DNA of 64,000 nt, from the NCBI GenBank assembly GCA_030770535.1, contig JASVEC010000018.1, forward strand, positions 186,001 to 250,000, in the 5' to 3' direction. The DNA comes from Batkoa obscura. Lineage: Eukaryota. The notes under the pieces are model-generated. The model saw only the letters and a list, made by a program, of their open reading frames with translations, was not told the DNA's origin and did not search any database. The position numbers and the translations under genes were made by a program. Shown here piece by piece: positions 10,930 to 23,664 of this stretch. How positions within the stretch are numbered: the stretch's first letter is position 1; each line of letters opens with the position of its first letter.

Positions 10930-11711
10930 TAAGTAAATAGTTTATCGAATAATAGAATTTAATTATTAAAGGTTAATATTATTTAAGTTATTAATAGCTA
11001 AGCTAACAAATAACTAAAAAGAAAGTAATTGGAACAATAAATAGAAACTATTATTATATTGCTTATGTGAAATACCGCTTTGTCAGCTCCATGATTGACT
11101 ATACTTACTTAATAGTATTTTACATAGATTTTACATAGATTTTACATTAGTATTGCCTATTCTACTTGTCTTACATAGTCTGCAGCCTATTATGTGCTAT
11201 TCTTCATAATTCAAGCCTATCTTAGTCACATAAACTAAGACCTTTTGACTCTAACCACTGAGTACCAGATTTCACACTTGTATTGTATAAAGAGGATTTA
11301 TTATAGCTTTAAAACTAACCACTCCCTCTCATGCGACTATCTATTAATTTAGTAGTACATTAATAACGCAATTATAATATTAAAATTTCTATTTATAACA
11401 AATTTACAATGTTGGCTATAAAGTAATCAATCATAAATATTTCTTAATGAAGTTCTATAGGAATATGTATTTATTTACAATATTACAGCTTTAATTGGTA
11501 TAAGTTACATTAGTAAAAGCTTTTCTAATCTAGGAATTTCTAAAATTCTATAAAAACAACTTTTTGTCAAAAAGCAAAAGTACCTAACACAATTTTAAAT
11601 TATTTTATTATAATTTATATTGTAAGTTAACTGAATTTCTACTAAATTTAATAAACAAAGTTCTTAAAATATTTAGATTGGCTAAAAAATGAAACTAATT
11701 TAGACATCTTC
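10930..11711 (+). mobile_element. Third Sola-like 3' fragment with embedded internally deleted LTR (11066-11276) and degenerate right TIR
   Basis: Collinear with 9220-9349 and 5008-5210; LTR flanked by CTTA/CTTG; ends ATGAAACTAATTTAGACATCTTC. Confidence 0.75.
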
Positions 11712-12289
11712 AATGTTACTTTTCAATCGATAGTCCAAAAAGTTCTATACCATAAAGTGGGAAATATTTAATAAGATACAGTTAACTTAATAATAAAATG
11801 AAATAAAATAGTCATAAATAACAGCCTTTTGATTCAGTGGAATACAATACAATTACACTATCGAGTAAAAAAGTTTGAAAATATATAAAAGTAATGCAAC
11901 TTACTAAGTCAAAAGTTATTAGTACTTGAATAAAGCATGAAATAAATGCAAATGCCTTATATGAATTTATTTTTGATTTTTTTGGCCATTGAATCAATGG
12001 ATAAACTTATCATCCGTCCAACCTCTCCTTCCATAGCCTCAATTCTATTCAAAAAGTACCCTTTAACAAACTTAACGCTTTCTACTTATTACTCATAAAT
12101 GCATTATTAGATATTACAAGTTGCCTACTTCTTATAATGATAAAGAAACCTACTGTCACCTAATACAGTATTCAATTATCAAATGTTTTAAATTATTTTA
12201 CTATAAAAAGAAATAGAACTTAGTTAATTTCTCCGTGTAATGTGACAATTAATGTTAAAAAGCCAATAAATGAGATATAATTATCATTG

Positions 12290-12298
12290 GACCAATCA
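12290..12298. promoter_or_regulatory. CCAAT box (NF-Y/HAP-type); TGATTGGY also recurs at 16349, 20344 and 21828
   Basis: Same GC-containing motif about 85-160 bp upstream of the lipase, DUS3, METTL4/ERV14 and small basic gene starts in otherwise AT-rich DNA. Confidence 0.55.
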
Positions 12299-12438
12299 TT
12301 GATTAAGAACTATTTTTAAATGTAAAAAGGAATAAGTAGATATTTTAATGAATGAGCAGAAATAATAACAATAAATATAAAATTCAATTTTCAATTTTTC
12401 ATCTCCAATTTTTAATTTTTAGTTAATAACTATACAAT

Positions 12439-13437
12439 ATGAAAACAATGGCAGACTATATAATTAATAGTGATATTTACCAAATGTTTCTTGATCCAGT
12501 ATTGAGTTATTTTGGGTATCCTAGTTGGGATAAAACGTATGGAAGAAAAACATTGCCATTAAATGAGTATGAAATAAAATACCGAGAAAATGGTTTGTTT
12601 CATGATGAAAAATTTATTAAAGATGAATATTCTGTTTATTATCAAACGTATTGGGATAAGGAGAAATTTCCTGTACCTAAAGTAGATTTGGTTCATGTTC
12701 ATGGATTTGCTGATTATGGTGGTCGATTTGTTCAAGTTATTCATAATTACTTAAATCAAGGTTATCGTGTTCATTTACCAGATTTGCCATTTCATGGACG
12801 TAGTGATGGTATTCACTGTGAAATCAAAGATTTAAATATATTGTCTAATTCAATTAAAGTAATTCTTGAAGATATTAAACAAGAATATACTATTAATAAA
12901 TTGTTTCTTTCTGGTGGTTCCTTAGGTGGATTAACAGTAACTAAATATGGGATAGAACATCCTAAACATATTGATGGTATAATTGCTGTTTGTCCATCAA
13001 TTGATCTTGGAGAAGATTTAGTACCTTCCAAACCTTTATTATTAATTGGAAAGTTAATGAATTTATTAATACCTCGATTAATATTAGTACCAAGGATGGA
13101 TAATTTAGCAGCTAAAGATCCCAAAATTGATGAAGACTTTTGTAATGATTGTAGAACTTATTCAAGAGGGATGAGAATTGCTTGTGGATTAGGGGTATTA
13201 CAAGGTACTCTAGAAGTCAGAAAGAAGTTAGCTGAGTTTAGTTTACCTTTACTTATTCAGCAAGGAGATCATGATCGTGTGGTTCCTGTTTCTTCTGCTA
13301 AAGTTTTCTTTGATGAAGTAAGTTCTAAAGATAAACAGGTCATTATTTATCCTAATTATGAACATGAATTACATTATGCTTTAGGAGCTGATAAAGTCTT
13401 TAAAGATTCCATTGAATGGATTAATAATAGATTATAA
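12439..13437 (+). CDS. Alpha/beta hydrolase, monoglyceride lipase/lysophospholipase family
   Basis: HVHGFADY, DLPFHGRSDG, nucleophile GGSLGG, QQGDHDRVV and HELH motifs. Confidence 0.9.
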   Translation: MKTMADYIINSDIYQMFLDPVLSYFGYPSWDKTYGRKTLPLNEYEIKYRENGLFHDEKFIKDEYSVYYQTYWDKEKFPVPKVDLVHVHGFADYGGRFVQVIHNYLNQGYRVHLPDLPFHGRSDGIHCEIKDLNILSNSIKVILEDIKQEYTINKLFLSGGSLGGLTVTKYGIEHPKHIDGIIAVCPSIDLGEDLVPSKPLLLIGKLMNLLIPRLILVPRMDNLAAKDPKIDEDFCNDCRTYSRGMRIACGLGVLQGTLEVRKKLAEFSLPLLIQQGDHDRVVPVSSAKVFFDEVSSKDKQVIIYPNYEHELHYALGADKVFKDSIEWINNRL

Positions 13438-13682
13438 TAAAGATTATAATAATATACAATTCAAAGTAAATAAATAATTTAAAAAAATTATATATTCTTT
13501 TATTTTTCATTGTTTATAAATTAGCTTTTTAGTTTTCTAAAATTTTTAATTAACTTTTTCTCAAATGTATAAAAATAGAGCTTAAAATAAAAAAGAATAA
13601 AAATGGCATAAAAGGCACTTTTTAACCCAAAAATTCCTGAAATTTTCATTTACTTTTTAGATTCTTAAAAAAAAGATAAAAG

Positions 13683-15017
13683 ATGGGCAATAGTAATTCG
13701 AGTATGCAAGAATTAAATGGTTCACGGAGCCGAACAAATTCAAGAAAAAATTCTAGTGCCACTATACCCACTAACAAAGAGTCCGTTCATAGCAGTATCT
13801 CTTTAACCCATGCAGATTCCACCCCAGCTATTATTCAACCAAGCTCCACTAAACCATATAATATCCAACGAGTCAAACAACAAAATTCACAATATGGAGA
13901 ATCCCCCTTTGTAGGTTCACCATTAACACAAGCAGATGAGTTACCTAGTCAATTAAATTCTAAAAATACATCAAGTAGTTCGAATTCTTCAAATAAAGCA
14001 TATAATTCTCAACCTATTACTTATAAAAGAGATCCAATTAAGGATTTACCTCAACCTGATTCTTTTCCTTCTTCTTTACCAGACACTTTGAGTAGAAGAA
14101 CATCTCTTTCAGTGGAGCAGAGTAAATTGAAGAAAGAGATCAAAAATAATGAAGGAAAGGAAGGTAAGTGGTGAATTAATTTAACAATGAAATAAATGTT
14201 GATTTTATTTTATATTTAGATATATCTACCTTGATATCATGGAATTTACCAGCCAAAAATGTATATGTTACAGGTACATTTAATGGATGGAAACATAAGA
14301 TTCCATTAAATAAATGGTAAGTTTAATATTTATTACTATTAAATCAAATAATTCAACGACTCTTATATTTTTTATTAATTAGTAACAATGAATTTTCGAC
14401 CGTTATAAATTTCCCAATTGGTATTCATCATATTAAATTTATAGTTGATGATGAATGGAAGTGTAGTAATGAGTTATTAACTTGTACAGATCAAGATGGC
14501 AATTTGGTGAATTACATTGAAGTAGATGAAAATTTATTACGCTTAGATCAAAGTTCTAATACTCAGGGTAAGTAAAGCTATGATTTTATTTTAGATTAAC
14601 AAATAAACATTTGAGTTTATTTCTTGGTTATTAACAATTAATTAGATATTCTCTCCAGTTCTCCCACAGGTGAATATACCAATGAAATACCCGAATTTAA
14701 TATCAACAAACCTACATCGGATAACCCATTAAGACCTCCTACTTTACCACCTCATTTAGAAAAAGTGATATTAAATGCTAGTTTACCTGATGCTCAAATT
14801 AATCAAGATGAATCTTGGTTATTACCTGTACCTAATCATGTAGTTTTAAATCATCTTTATGCTTGTTCTATTAGAGATGGCGTGATGGCTGTAGCAGGAA
14901 CAACTAGATATCACAAGAAGGTGAGTATTTTTTTTGATAATAAGGTAAATAATAAGGTATTAATCTGTTCTTTTTTAGTATGTGACAACGATTTATTATA
15001 AACCAGTGATTATTTAA
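13683..15017 (+). CDS. GAL83: AMPK/SNF1 kinase beta subunit (5 exons)
   Basis: Myristoylation-type start MGNSNS; glycogen-binding domain VYVTGTFNGW...IKFIVDDEW; ASC domain PPTLPPHLEKVILN, LPVPNHVVLNHLYACSIRDGV, last exon YVTTIYYKPVII*; GT-AG introns; symbol denotes the Gal83/Sip2 family. Confidence 0.92.
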
Positions 15018-15305
15018 ATGAAGTAAAAGAAGCGAAAGTGTAAGATGAAGGATTTTTAATTATAGGATTAAAATTCGATGAAAGAATATTCTAAAGCTAT
15101 GTGGAAATAAATATCATTATATATATCATAAGAAATATTTTTTCAATTTTAATATTCTTTTTTAAATTTAAGCTCTAATTAAGAACTTATTCTCAATTTT
15201 TGAATGACCTCATAGCTCAAGCGTTTAATTTCTGACTAAAAAATTAATTCAAGTTCATTTTTCTTTTACACATTAAATTTTATAAACAAAACAATATTTT
15301 AGAAA

Positions 15306-16241
15306 ATGATGGATTTATTATTTGGAAGACGTAAATCACCTAGTGAAATCTTGAGACAACATCAACGATCTTTAAATAAAGCACAAAGAGAGCTTGATAG
15401 GGAGAGAACAAAAATGGAACAACAAGAAAAAAAATTGATTAATGATATCAAAAAAAGTGCTAAGAATTCACAAATGGTAAGTTGGAATTGATAGAATAAA
15501 ATTTTAAATTAAGAATGAATATAAAAAATAACAAGAAAAGTGTTATATAAGAGTATATTAATATTGAATTTTATTTAGGGAGCTTGTAAAATTATGGCTA
15601 AAGATTTAGTACGTACACGTAAACAAATACAAAAATTTTATCAAATGAGAACTCAATTACAAGCGGTTTCTTTAAAAATACAAGTAAAATTAAATTAAAT
15701 ATTTTTACTTTATAGGTAACTTTAATTCATTATTTAGACTTTAAATTCAACACAGCAGATGTCCGAAGCTATGAAAGGAGCTACTAAAGTAAATTATTTT
15801 TATTAAAAGATTAATTTAAATTAAGATTTAAAAAATCTTCTTTTTAGGCCATGAAAATGATGAATGGTAGCTTAAATTTACCTGGTATTCAAAAGATAAT
15901 GATGGAATTTGAACGTGAAAATGAAGTTATGGATATGAAAGAAGAGATGATGAATGATGTTATGGATGATATAATGGATGAAGAAAATGATGAAGAAGAA
16001 GAAACGGATTTAATTGTTAGTCAAGTTTTAGATGAAATTGGTATTAATTTAGATCAATCGGTAAGTTTCAGTTTTCTTTTAATTAGTAATAGGGATATTA
16101 ATATAGATTTCTTTTGTTTAGTTGGTAGATGCTCCTAATGGTATTAAAATGAATAGTAATGCTATAAGTACACCCGTTGCAGAAGGTGGTTTAAATGATG
16201 ATGATGCTTTAAGAGCTAGATTTGATGATTTAAAGAGATAA
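15306..16241 (+). CDS. VPS2: ESCRT-III subunit Vps2/CHMP2 (5 exons)
   Basis: LRQHQRSLNKAQRELDRER, MAKDLVRTR, IQKIMMEFERENEVMDMKEEMM, QVLDEIGI; C-terminal MIM LRARFDDLKR*. Confidence 0.93.
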
Positions 16242-16468
16242 CATTAAGGACAATAATTTATTTATTAAATAAGATTAATAAAATTGATATATAATAAATA
16301 AAATTATATATAAAATTAATAAAATTCTATTTCAAATTCTAAATTGATTGATTGGTTCAATTAGTCAAATTTTTTATTTTAAATTTGAATGAATTTTATT
16401 CTTATTGAAGTTTTGTTTTTTTAGCATTGATAGAATAAATTATATTAATAATAATAAAATAGAAAAAT

Positions 16469-18944
16469 ATGGAAACTATTGCAACAGCAGTTAATACTGA
16501 GAATCATCATAATAATACTGATAATGGAATTGCAAAGATTAAAGCTGAGTAATTAGTTCTATTATTTTATCAATTCAAAGTACATTAACATTAATAAAAA
16601 ATCAATAGATTCCTCATAAAAAAAACAGATATGAATCAAGTTGAAACTGAATCAAGTACTGGGGTAGTTGAAAAAGTAGATCCAAGAGATGATCCAAGAA
16701 ATAATAAAAAACAAAGAAGGGAGAGGGGACAAAATAAAAATCGAAAGTTTACTCATAGTCAAGATGTAGTAAAAGTAAGTTGTTATTTTATTTATTTTTG
16801 TAAAATAAAGAAAGAATGTTATCATTTTAAACTATTGAGTAGTAAATTAAATAATATAAATTAGTTATGTTCCAGTATTGCAAATGATAAAGAGTGTCCA
16901 CATGGGGAAAAGTAAGAATTTTTTAGTTCAACAGTTAGAATTTTAAAAATATTCAATCAAATCAATCTTTTTTTAGTTGTAAATCCTCGCATAATTTAGA
17001 AGAATTTTTAAAAACTAAAGAAGAAGATATTGGTGAAAAATGTGTTAATTTCGATTTAAAAGGAGAGTAAGTTGAAGTCGAAATTACTTAAAAAATGAAT
17101 CATTAATACTAAATTAAATAGATGCCCTTATGGATATCGTTGTAGATATTTAAAAGCTCATTTTAAAGATGGAAAATTAGTTAAAGATGAAGAGGTAAGT
17201 CTTATTAGTTTTATTAGTTTTATTAGTTTTATATAAATAGGAAATATTGAGTCTAATTTTTTTATATTTAGAAAATTAAAAACTTTGAACCGCAAATTGT
17301 AAATAAAATCGAATCCCCATTTTTAGCCAAATTAAGAAAGGGTGGAGTAAATATTATTATCATCATATAGAATAGTATTTTATTTTTAAAATAAGTTTGA
17401 TTTTAGTCGATCAGATAAAGTCAATGAAGCTTTAGATAAAGAAAGAAATCAAAAAAAAGAAGAAGGAGAAAGTAATATAATATAATAATTTTAATTTTAA
17501 TAGAATATTGTTAATATTATTAATTTATTTTTTATTAAAGAATATCAAATTTATAACACATTACTTGATGAACCATTAAAAGAAAAGAAATTGGTAAATT
17601 AAAAATAATATTAATAAATATTAATAATATAAATTAAAAATAAATTAAAAATAAATTAAAAATAAATTAATTAACTAATTAAAAATTTAAGATTGATTTT
17701 AGAAATAAAACTTATTTAGCTCCATTAACAACAGTTGGTAATTTACCTTTCCGTAGAATTTGTAAAGAATTTGGAGTAGATATTACTTGTGGTGAAATGG
17801 CTATGGCTTCCAATTTATTACAAGTAAATTAATATTAATATTATTATTACATAATAAATAATATTATAATATTAATTTAAATTGAATTTTAGGGACAAAA
17901 AGCAGAATGGTCTTTAGTAAGAAAACATAAATCTGAAGATTTATTTGGTATTCAATTAGCAGGCAATCGACCTGATTATATGATTAAATGTGCTGATTTA
18001 ATTAATCAAGAACTTGAAGTGGATTTTGTTGATATAAATTTAGGTTGTCCAATTGATGCTGTTTATAAAAATGTAATTAAAAAAAGTCACTTTATTCATT
18101 ATTCAATAAAATTAATCTTATTAACAAAATTCAATTTCAGGGTGGAGGTAGTGCATTAATGGGTCATACTAATAAACTAGGACGTATGGTACGTGGTATG
18201 AATACTATATTAGATTGTCCATTAACCGTTAAATTTCGTACTGGTATTTATCATGAAAAAAAGATAGCTCATACAATAATTCCATTATTTGAGGAATGGG
18301 GATGCTCATTAGGTACTTTACATGGAAGATCAAGACAACAACGATATACTAAATTAGCTAATTGGGATTATATAAAAGAATGTCATTCATTAACTAATAA
18401 AATGCCTTTATTTGGTAATGGAGATATATTAAGTTATGAAGATTATAATCAAAAAATACAAGAAAGTTTAGTAGATGGTATAATGGTTGGTAGAGGTGCA
18501 TTGATTAAACCTTGGTTATTTGAAGAAATTAAAACTCAACAATATAAAGATATATCTTCCAAAGAAAGATTAGATATTATTAAAAAGTTTTGCGATTATG
18601 GTTTAGAACATTGGGGTTCAGATACAATGGGAGTTAATCATACTAGAAGATTTTTATGTGAATGGCTATCCTTTTTACATCGTTACATACCAGTTGGCTT
18701 ATTACAAGTTTTACCTCAAAAAATCAATAATCGTCCACCAGCTTGTTTTGGTAGAGATGATTTAGAAACTTTAATGTTAAGTTCAAAAGCTGAAGATTGG
18801 ATTAAAATTACGTAAGTTAATTTATTTATTTATTTATTTATTTATTTATTCAATAATTAATTATTATTTAGTGAAATGTATTTAGGTAAATCACCAGCTG
18901 ATTTTGCATTTATACCTAAACATAAAGCCAATTCTTATCAATGA
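16469..18944 (+). CDS. DUS3: tRNA-dihydrouridine(47) synthase Dus3 (many exons)
   Basis: RGQNKNR, CCCH fingers, [56 protein letters not shown]. Confidence 0.95.
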
Positions 18945-18995
18945 GTAAGAATTAAATAGATAAATGAAAATAAAATGGAATGCTATATAGAAGAA

Positions 18996-20259
18996 TTATT
19001 TATTATTATTTTCTTCTAATATATTATATTTAATAACTTCATTTCCCCAAGATGTTGTATTATTAACTAAGTTTCTAGCAAACAATTCTAAATACTTTGA
19101 ACCTATTTCAATATCTATTAAATCTTTTAAAATACCTTGAATAATTGGTTTTTTCGAATGAATTTTACAAGGTACAGCAAACAAATATTTAATATTAATT
19201 TGATTAGTTGGTTGTTTACTTGCAATTAATAAAATTTCATAACATTTACGATGATTGTTAAATAATGGAAATACAGGTTCTAAATTAGTAGTTATCTAAA
19301 AGATAAAATAAAATAAAATAAAATAAAATAGTTCATAAATTAACATTTAAATATAAAATAATTAATAATATTAATCTTACTTTAACCCAATAAACTTTAC
19401 TATGTAAATATAATTGATTATCTCTTAAATATTTTTCCAATATAAATTTTTGAATTTTTTTTTGATTTGTTATCCAGATACAAAATATTCCATTTTGATT
19501 TAATAATTGATTAATTTTGAATTTATATAATTCATATATATCCATCGTATTATATTTGAAATTTCTATCTACAGAAGAATTTGGCCATGGTGGGTCCATA
19601 ATAATTATATCAAACTTATCTTTTATTTGAAAATTATTTAAATTTCCTAATAAAAATTCATTATTTCTAGGAATTATTAATTGATATTGTTGATCTAATA
19701 AAATTATTTTAGTTTTATTTTGTTTATTTATTACTTTTTTTTCTACTATATCAATTAAATTAATCTCTTTGTTTTCTTCAGTTAATTCAATATCAGTTGA
19801 AATTATCTCTGTATCTTCTATATTTTGTTGAAATTTTTTCATTGTTTGATATAAATCTATAATTGAATTAAAATCAATTTTATCCGAGATCAATCGATTA
19901 TTCCGACTCGGTTCATTATCTGAATAATTTTTTAAATACAATAAATTTTGAATTTTTGTTTTTAATTTTAGAATCAATCTTTCAATTTCATTATCAATCT
20001 CCATATCTATTATCTCTACTCTCTTTTTTTTTATTGTCTTCTATATTAAGTACTTAATAAAAACTATCTCTTTTTTTTATATAATAATAATAATAATAAT
20101 ACTTACTTGTTCATTAACCTTTCTATAACTATGATGTAAATTAAACCAATAACTTGGAATTTGTTGATCTCCATAACTATATTTTAAAAGCAATTTAGCA
20201 TTATCTAATAATATACATTCTTCATCAGAGTATAATATGATTTTATCTTCATCTTTCAT
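18996..20259 (-). CDS. METTL4: MT-A70 family adenine methyltransferase, METTL4-like (3 exons)
   Basis: FDIIIMDPPWPNSSV catalytic motif, CIWITN, WVK, VPCKIHSKKP, LELFARNL...SWGNEV. Confidence 0.85.
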
Positions 20260-20501
20260 CTCTTTTATAATACTCTCATACTATAAAAACATCTAACAAT
20301 TAACATATTTAAAAGCTAAAAGGATGGATTAGCTAACATACATTGATTGGTTCACATTCAAAAATAGTAACTCAATCGATTTAATTGGCTCTAAATTCAT
20401 CCACAATTATGAAAGAATTTGTATTGAAATTTTAACTCAAGACTTGTCCAATTTTTTACTTTTGTATAAAGTTTTAGTTTTATTAAATTTAAACACATAA
20501 A

Positions 20502-21135
20502 ATGTTAGGCTTCCTTTATCTATGTATGCTTGTAATTGACATTGCTCTATTTGTTAATGTTTTATTTATGGTAAGTTTTGGTTTTTATTTTATTTTAATG
20601 TATTAGTGTTAAATTATGGTGTTGTTTTTTTTAAATTAGTTAATGTACATTACTGATGTTGAAAGTGATTATATTAATCCAATAGATTGCTGTAGGGACT
20701 TAAATAAGGTAATAGAAATTATATATTGATACTATTAGTATATTTATTTGATATTATTTTAGTATGTTAAACCTGAATTAGTTATGCATTTTATCTTATC
20801 TTTATTATCTTTATTCACTGGTCATTGGTTAACTGTATTGTTTATATTCCCAATTTTAGGTTATAATATTTATAGGTAAGTCTTGTTAATAAGGTTATTC
20901 TATAATTTGATATTAATTTTAATTCTTTTTATAGATTAATTAATAACAAACAAATTTATGATGCTACTAATATTTATCGAGAATTAAATCAACATAAGAT
21001 TGAATATTTTTCAAAATTAGCTTTCTATATGCTCTCATTATTTTATTATCTTTTTCGGTAAGCTCTATATTTTATTTTAGAATCATTTTAACAATATTTC
21101 ATTTTTTTAGTACTATTGTTGCCTTTATGGACTAA
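20502..21135 (+). CDS. ERV14: Cornichon family ER cargo receptor (5 short exons; missing from the ORF track)
   Basis: Spliced translation gives DVESDYINPIDCCRDLN, YVKPE, GHWL, IYDATNIYRELNQHK..FSKLAFY; canonical introns. Confidence 0.9.
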
Positions 21136-21338
21136 TCGATTGATTCATTGAGAAAGTATAATCCTTATTAAAAAAATAAAAGTGATCAAATTTCTATAGT
21201 TTTAAAAATATTTTTTTATATTTCTATGTGTTTTTTATTTAACTATATATTTAATTCAAATTATATATTTATTCCAAATATCTATTTTATTCAACTATTT
21301 AGAAAAGAGTTAATATTTTGTTTCAAATAAATAATGTG

Positions 21339-21706
21339 TTAATTATTACTATCATTATCCTTGGCAGCTTCTTGTTTTTTAGCTTCTAACTCCGCTTTTT
21401 GCTGATTTTTAATATTTTCAAACTCTCTTTTTACCTAAAAGGAATTATTAATATTCTTTGTCATAACTCTTTCTTCGCTTCCTCTTGATTCACCTACCCC
21501 AAAATTCAAATATTTATTAAAAAAATACTTACCAACCTCTCTCTCTGTTCTTTCTTTTTTAATTTCTTTTTACTCATTTCTCTACCTTGAATAATTTCTT
21601 TTTCATGACTTTGACGAAATAATGCCTTCTTTTTACTTCTTTTTTCTCGAGTTTCTTTTTTCAAACGTTGAATTACTTTATTGCTATCGCTACGTGACAC
21701 TCCCAT
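21339..21706 (-). CDS. Small Lys/Arg/Glu-rich protein (2 exons), possibly nucleolar
   Basis: Exon 1 MGVSRSDSNK...SKKKLKKKEQRERL, GTAAGT donor at 21532, acceptor at 21435, exon 2 VKREFENIK...DSNN*. Confidence 0.6.
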
Positions 21707-22360
21707 TGTTATTATTCTTTTAGTTACTTATTAATTGAAAAATATTTGGAACCTTGAAAAATTGATTTCTGTTTTGAAGTTGCTTTTACTCAAAAAAAGA
21801 TAAGTTTAAGAAGATATATTGAACAATTGATTGGTCAAAGCAGATTACCTGCTTGGTTCCTTTTAAGTTTTTAGGCTTTTTGCTTTTAAGTCTGGGATTT
21901 TGGGATTGAGTTGGATTGGTGGAATGTTAGTTAAAATTGAAAAAAAAATCGTGCCAAATTCAAATAATGTTGGTTAAGTAACAAAATTACTGATTTTTAA
22001 AGCCAGATATCAGGTTTGATTCCTGAACATTATATAAAATTAAATTTATTATGGCTTTAAATAATTTTTTAATATTTGATAATTATTAGTATATTTCCCA
22101 GCCTGTAATGTTAAGAATGTTAGTGGAGATTACTCATATTAAAAAGGAATGAGGGTATTTATGTAAACGTTTAATAATTGAAATTCAGTAATGTTTTTAT
22201 TTTTATGTAAGATTTTAAATTAGAATGGTATTGTTTTTGTAGATTTTAAATCAATAAAAAAGTGTATAATTAAAGTTTACATTCAAAGTTAGTAATTATA
22301 AAAACATTATAATGTTTATTTGTTTTAACTTAAAAAAATAATTTAAAAAAGCTATAATAT

Positions 22361-22925
22361 GGAGATGTCTTTTTTGGCTTTGTGAAATATTGCTTTGTCA
22401 GCCCCATAGTTGATTATAGCATAATAATCGCCTAAGCTGCTGTGTTCTTGAGTTCAGAGATAATCAATCCTATGCTTTTGTTTTGGTTTGTTATGAGAAT
22501 TTCTAACCTCATCTCAAAGAACATTATCCTCTCATTTTGATATCTATACTTTTCAGAGTATAAAACAGATTTTAGAGTATAGTAGTTTGAGGCTTTTTAA
22601 TTAAATTATTCCCTGATATCTTGTATATTTAATAAAGCCACTAAGCTTACTTAATAGTATTTTACGTAGCTTTTACATTAGTATTGTCTATTCTATTTGT
22701 CTTACATAGTCTATAGCCTATTACGAGCTATTCTTCATAATCCAAGTCTATCTTAGTCACATAAACTAAGACCTTTCGACTTATAGTGTAATCAACCAGG
22801 CAATAGCTTTTTTTGACTCTAATCACTGAGTACCAGATTTCACAGCTTCATCATTTTTTCCATCTTTTAAGCGCTATTTGAGCGGAAAAATCGCCAGTAA
22901 ATTCTTAAACATAAAAATATATCCC
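22361..22925. mobile_element. MITE family M split by a solo LTR
   Basis: Left 20 bp GGAGATGTCTTTTTTGGCTT; the remainder resumes at 22845 with GCTTCATCATT. Confidence 0.85.
22381..22844 (+). mobile_element. Solo LTR family L with 4-bp TSD GCTT
   Basis: 464 bp, TGTGAAAT...ATTTCACA, GCTT on both sides. Confidence 0.9.
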
Positions 22926-22941
22926 TATATTAAATATATAT

Positions 22942-23482
22942 AGGAGTGTTTTTTTTGACTTGATTATTTTTTTCATTTTTTAAGTACTATTTGAGTGGAA
23001 AATTTGTTAGTAAAATTTTTAAACACAAAAATACATCCCCGTATTATAATTTTTATAATATTTTTAATGAATTTTTAAAAACTTTTTTATACTTGATTTT
23101 TTAATATTAATGCTATTTATAAATTTTATTTTTTTACAACTTGGTTTTTGAATAAAGCTAAATAAATCTAAAATATTATAATATACAGGGATGTTTTTTT
23201 TGATTTCATTACTTCCATTTTTTAAGCGCTATTCAAGTGAAAAGATTGTTAGTAAAATTCTTAAACAAAAAAATACATTCTCATATATTCGATATTTTTA
23301 TTAACCAAGCTATAAATAAAAAATTTATAATAATACTCTAAACAATAAATACAAGCTAGATGATTTTTTTAATTTTTATAATATGGGGATGTATTCTTAT
23401 GTTTAAGAATTTACTGGCGATTTTTCCGCTCAAATAGCGCTTAAAAGATGGAAAAGATGATGAAGCCAAAAAAAACACTCTC
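22942..23482. mobile_element. Cluster of three MITE-M copies (22942-23040, 23187-23282, 23385-23482 inverted)
   Basis: Each ~98 bp with (G/A)GG.TGT and ACA.CCC-type termini and the conserved TTAAG(C/T)GCTATTTGAG(C/T)GGAAAA core. Confidence 0.85.
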
Positions 23483-23664
23483 ATATAATTAATATGAAAT
23501 ATTATTTTACCAGTTTTATAGTTAATTATAATATAACGATTATTTAGATTTGCTATAAGATTTTTTACTGTCTAGTTAGAAAGAATATTATCTTTACAAC
23601 TTTTAAATATAAATATTGGAATATAATAAAAAATAACTATTACTATGTTTTTTACATACAGCTA

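Noticed and set aside
17200..17690. Short tandem repeats (TATTAGTTT x3, AAATTAAAAAT x3-4) in DUS3 introns
   Set aside because: Ordinary AT-rich slippage repeats
21458..21532. Alternative 3' splice site giving VNQEEAKKEL* in the small basic gene
   Set aside because: Would need a ~38-nt intron with a poor pyrimidine tract; unsupported without transcripts
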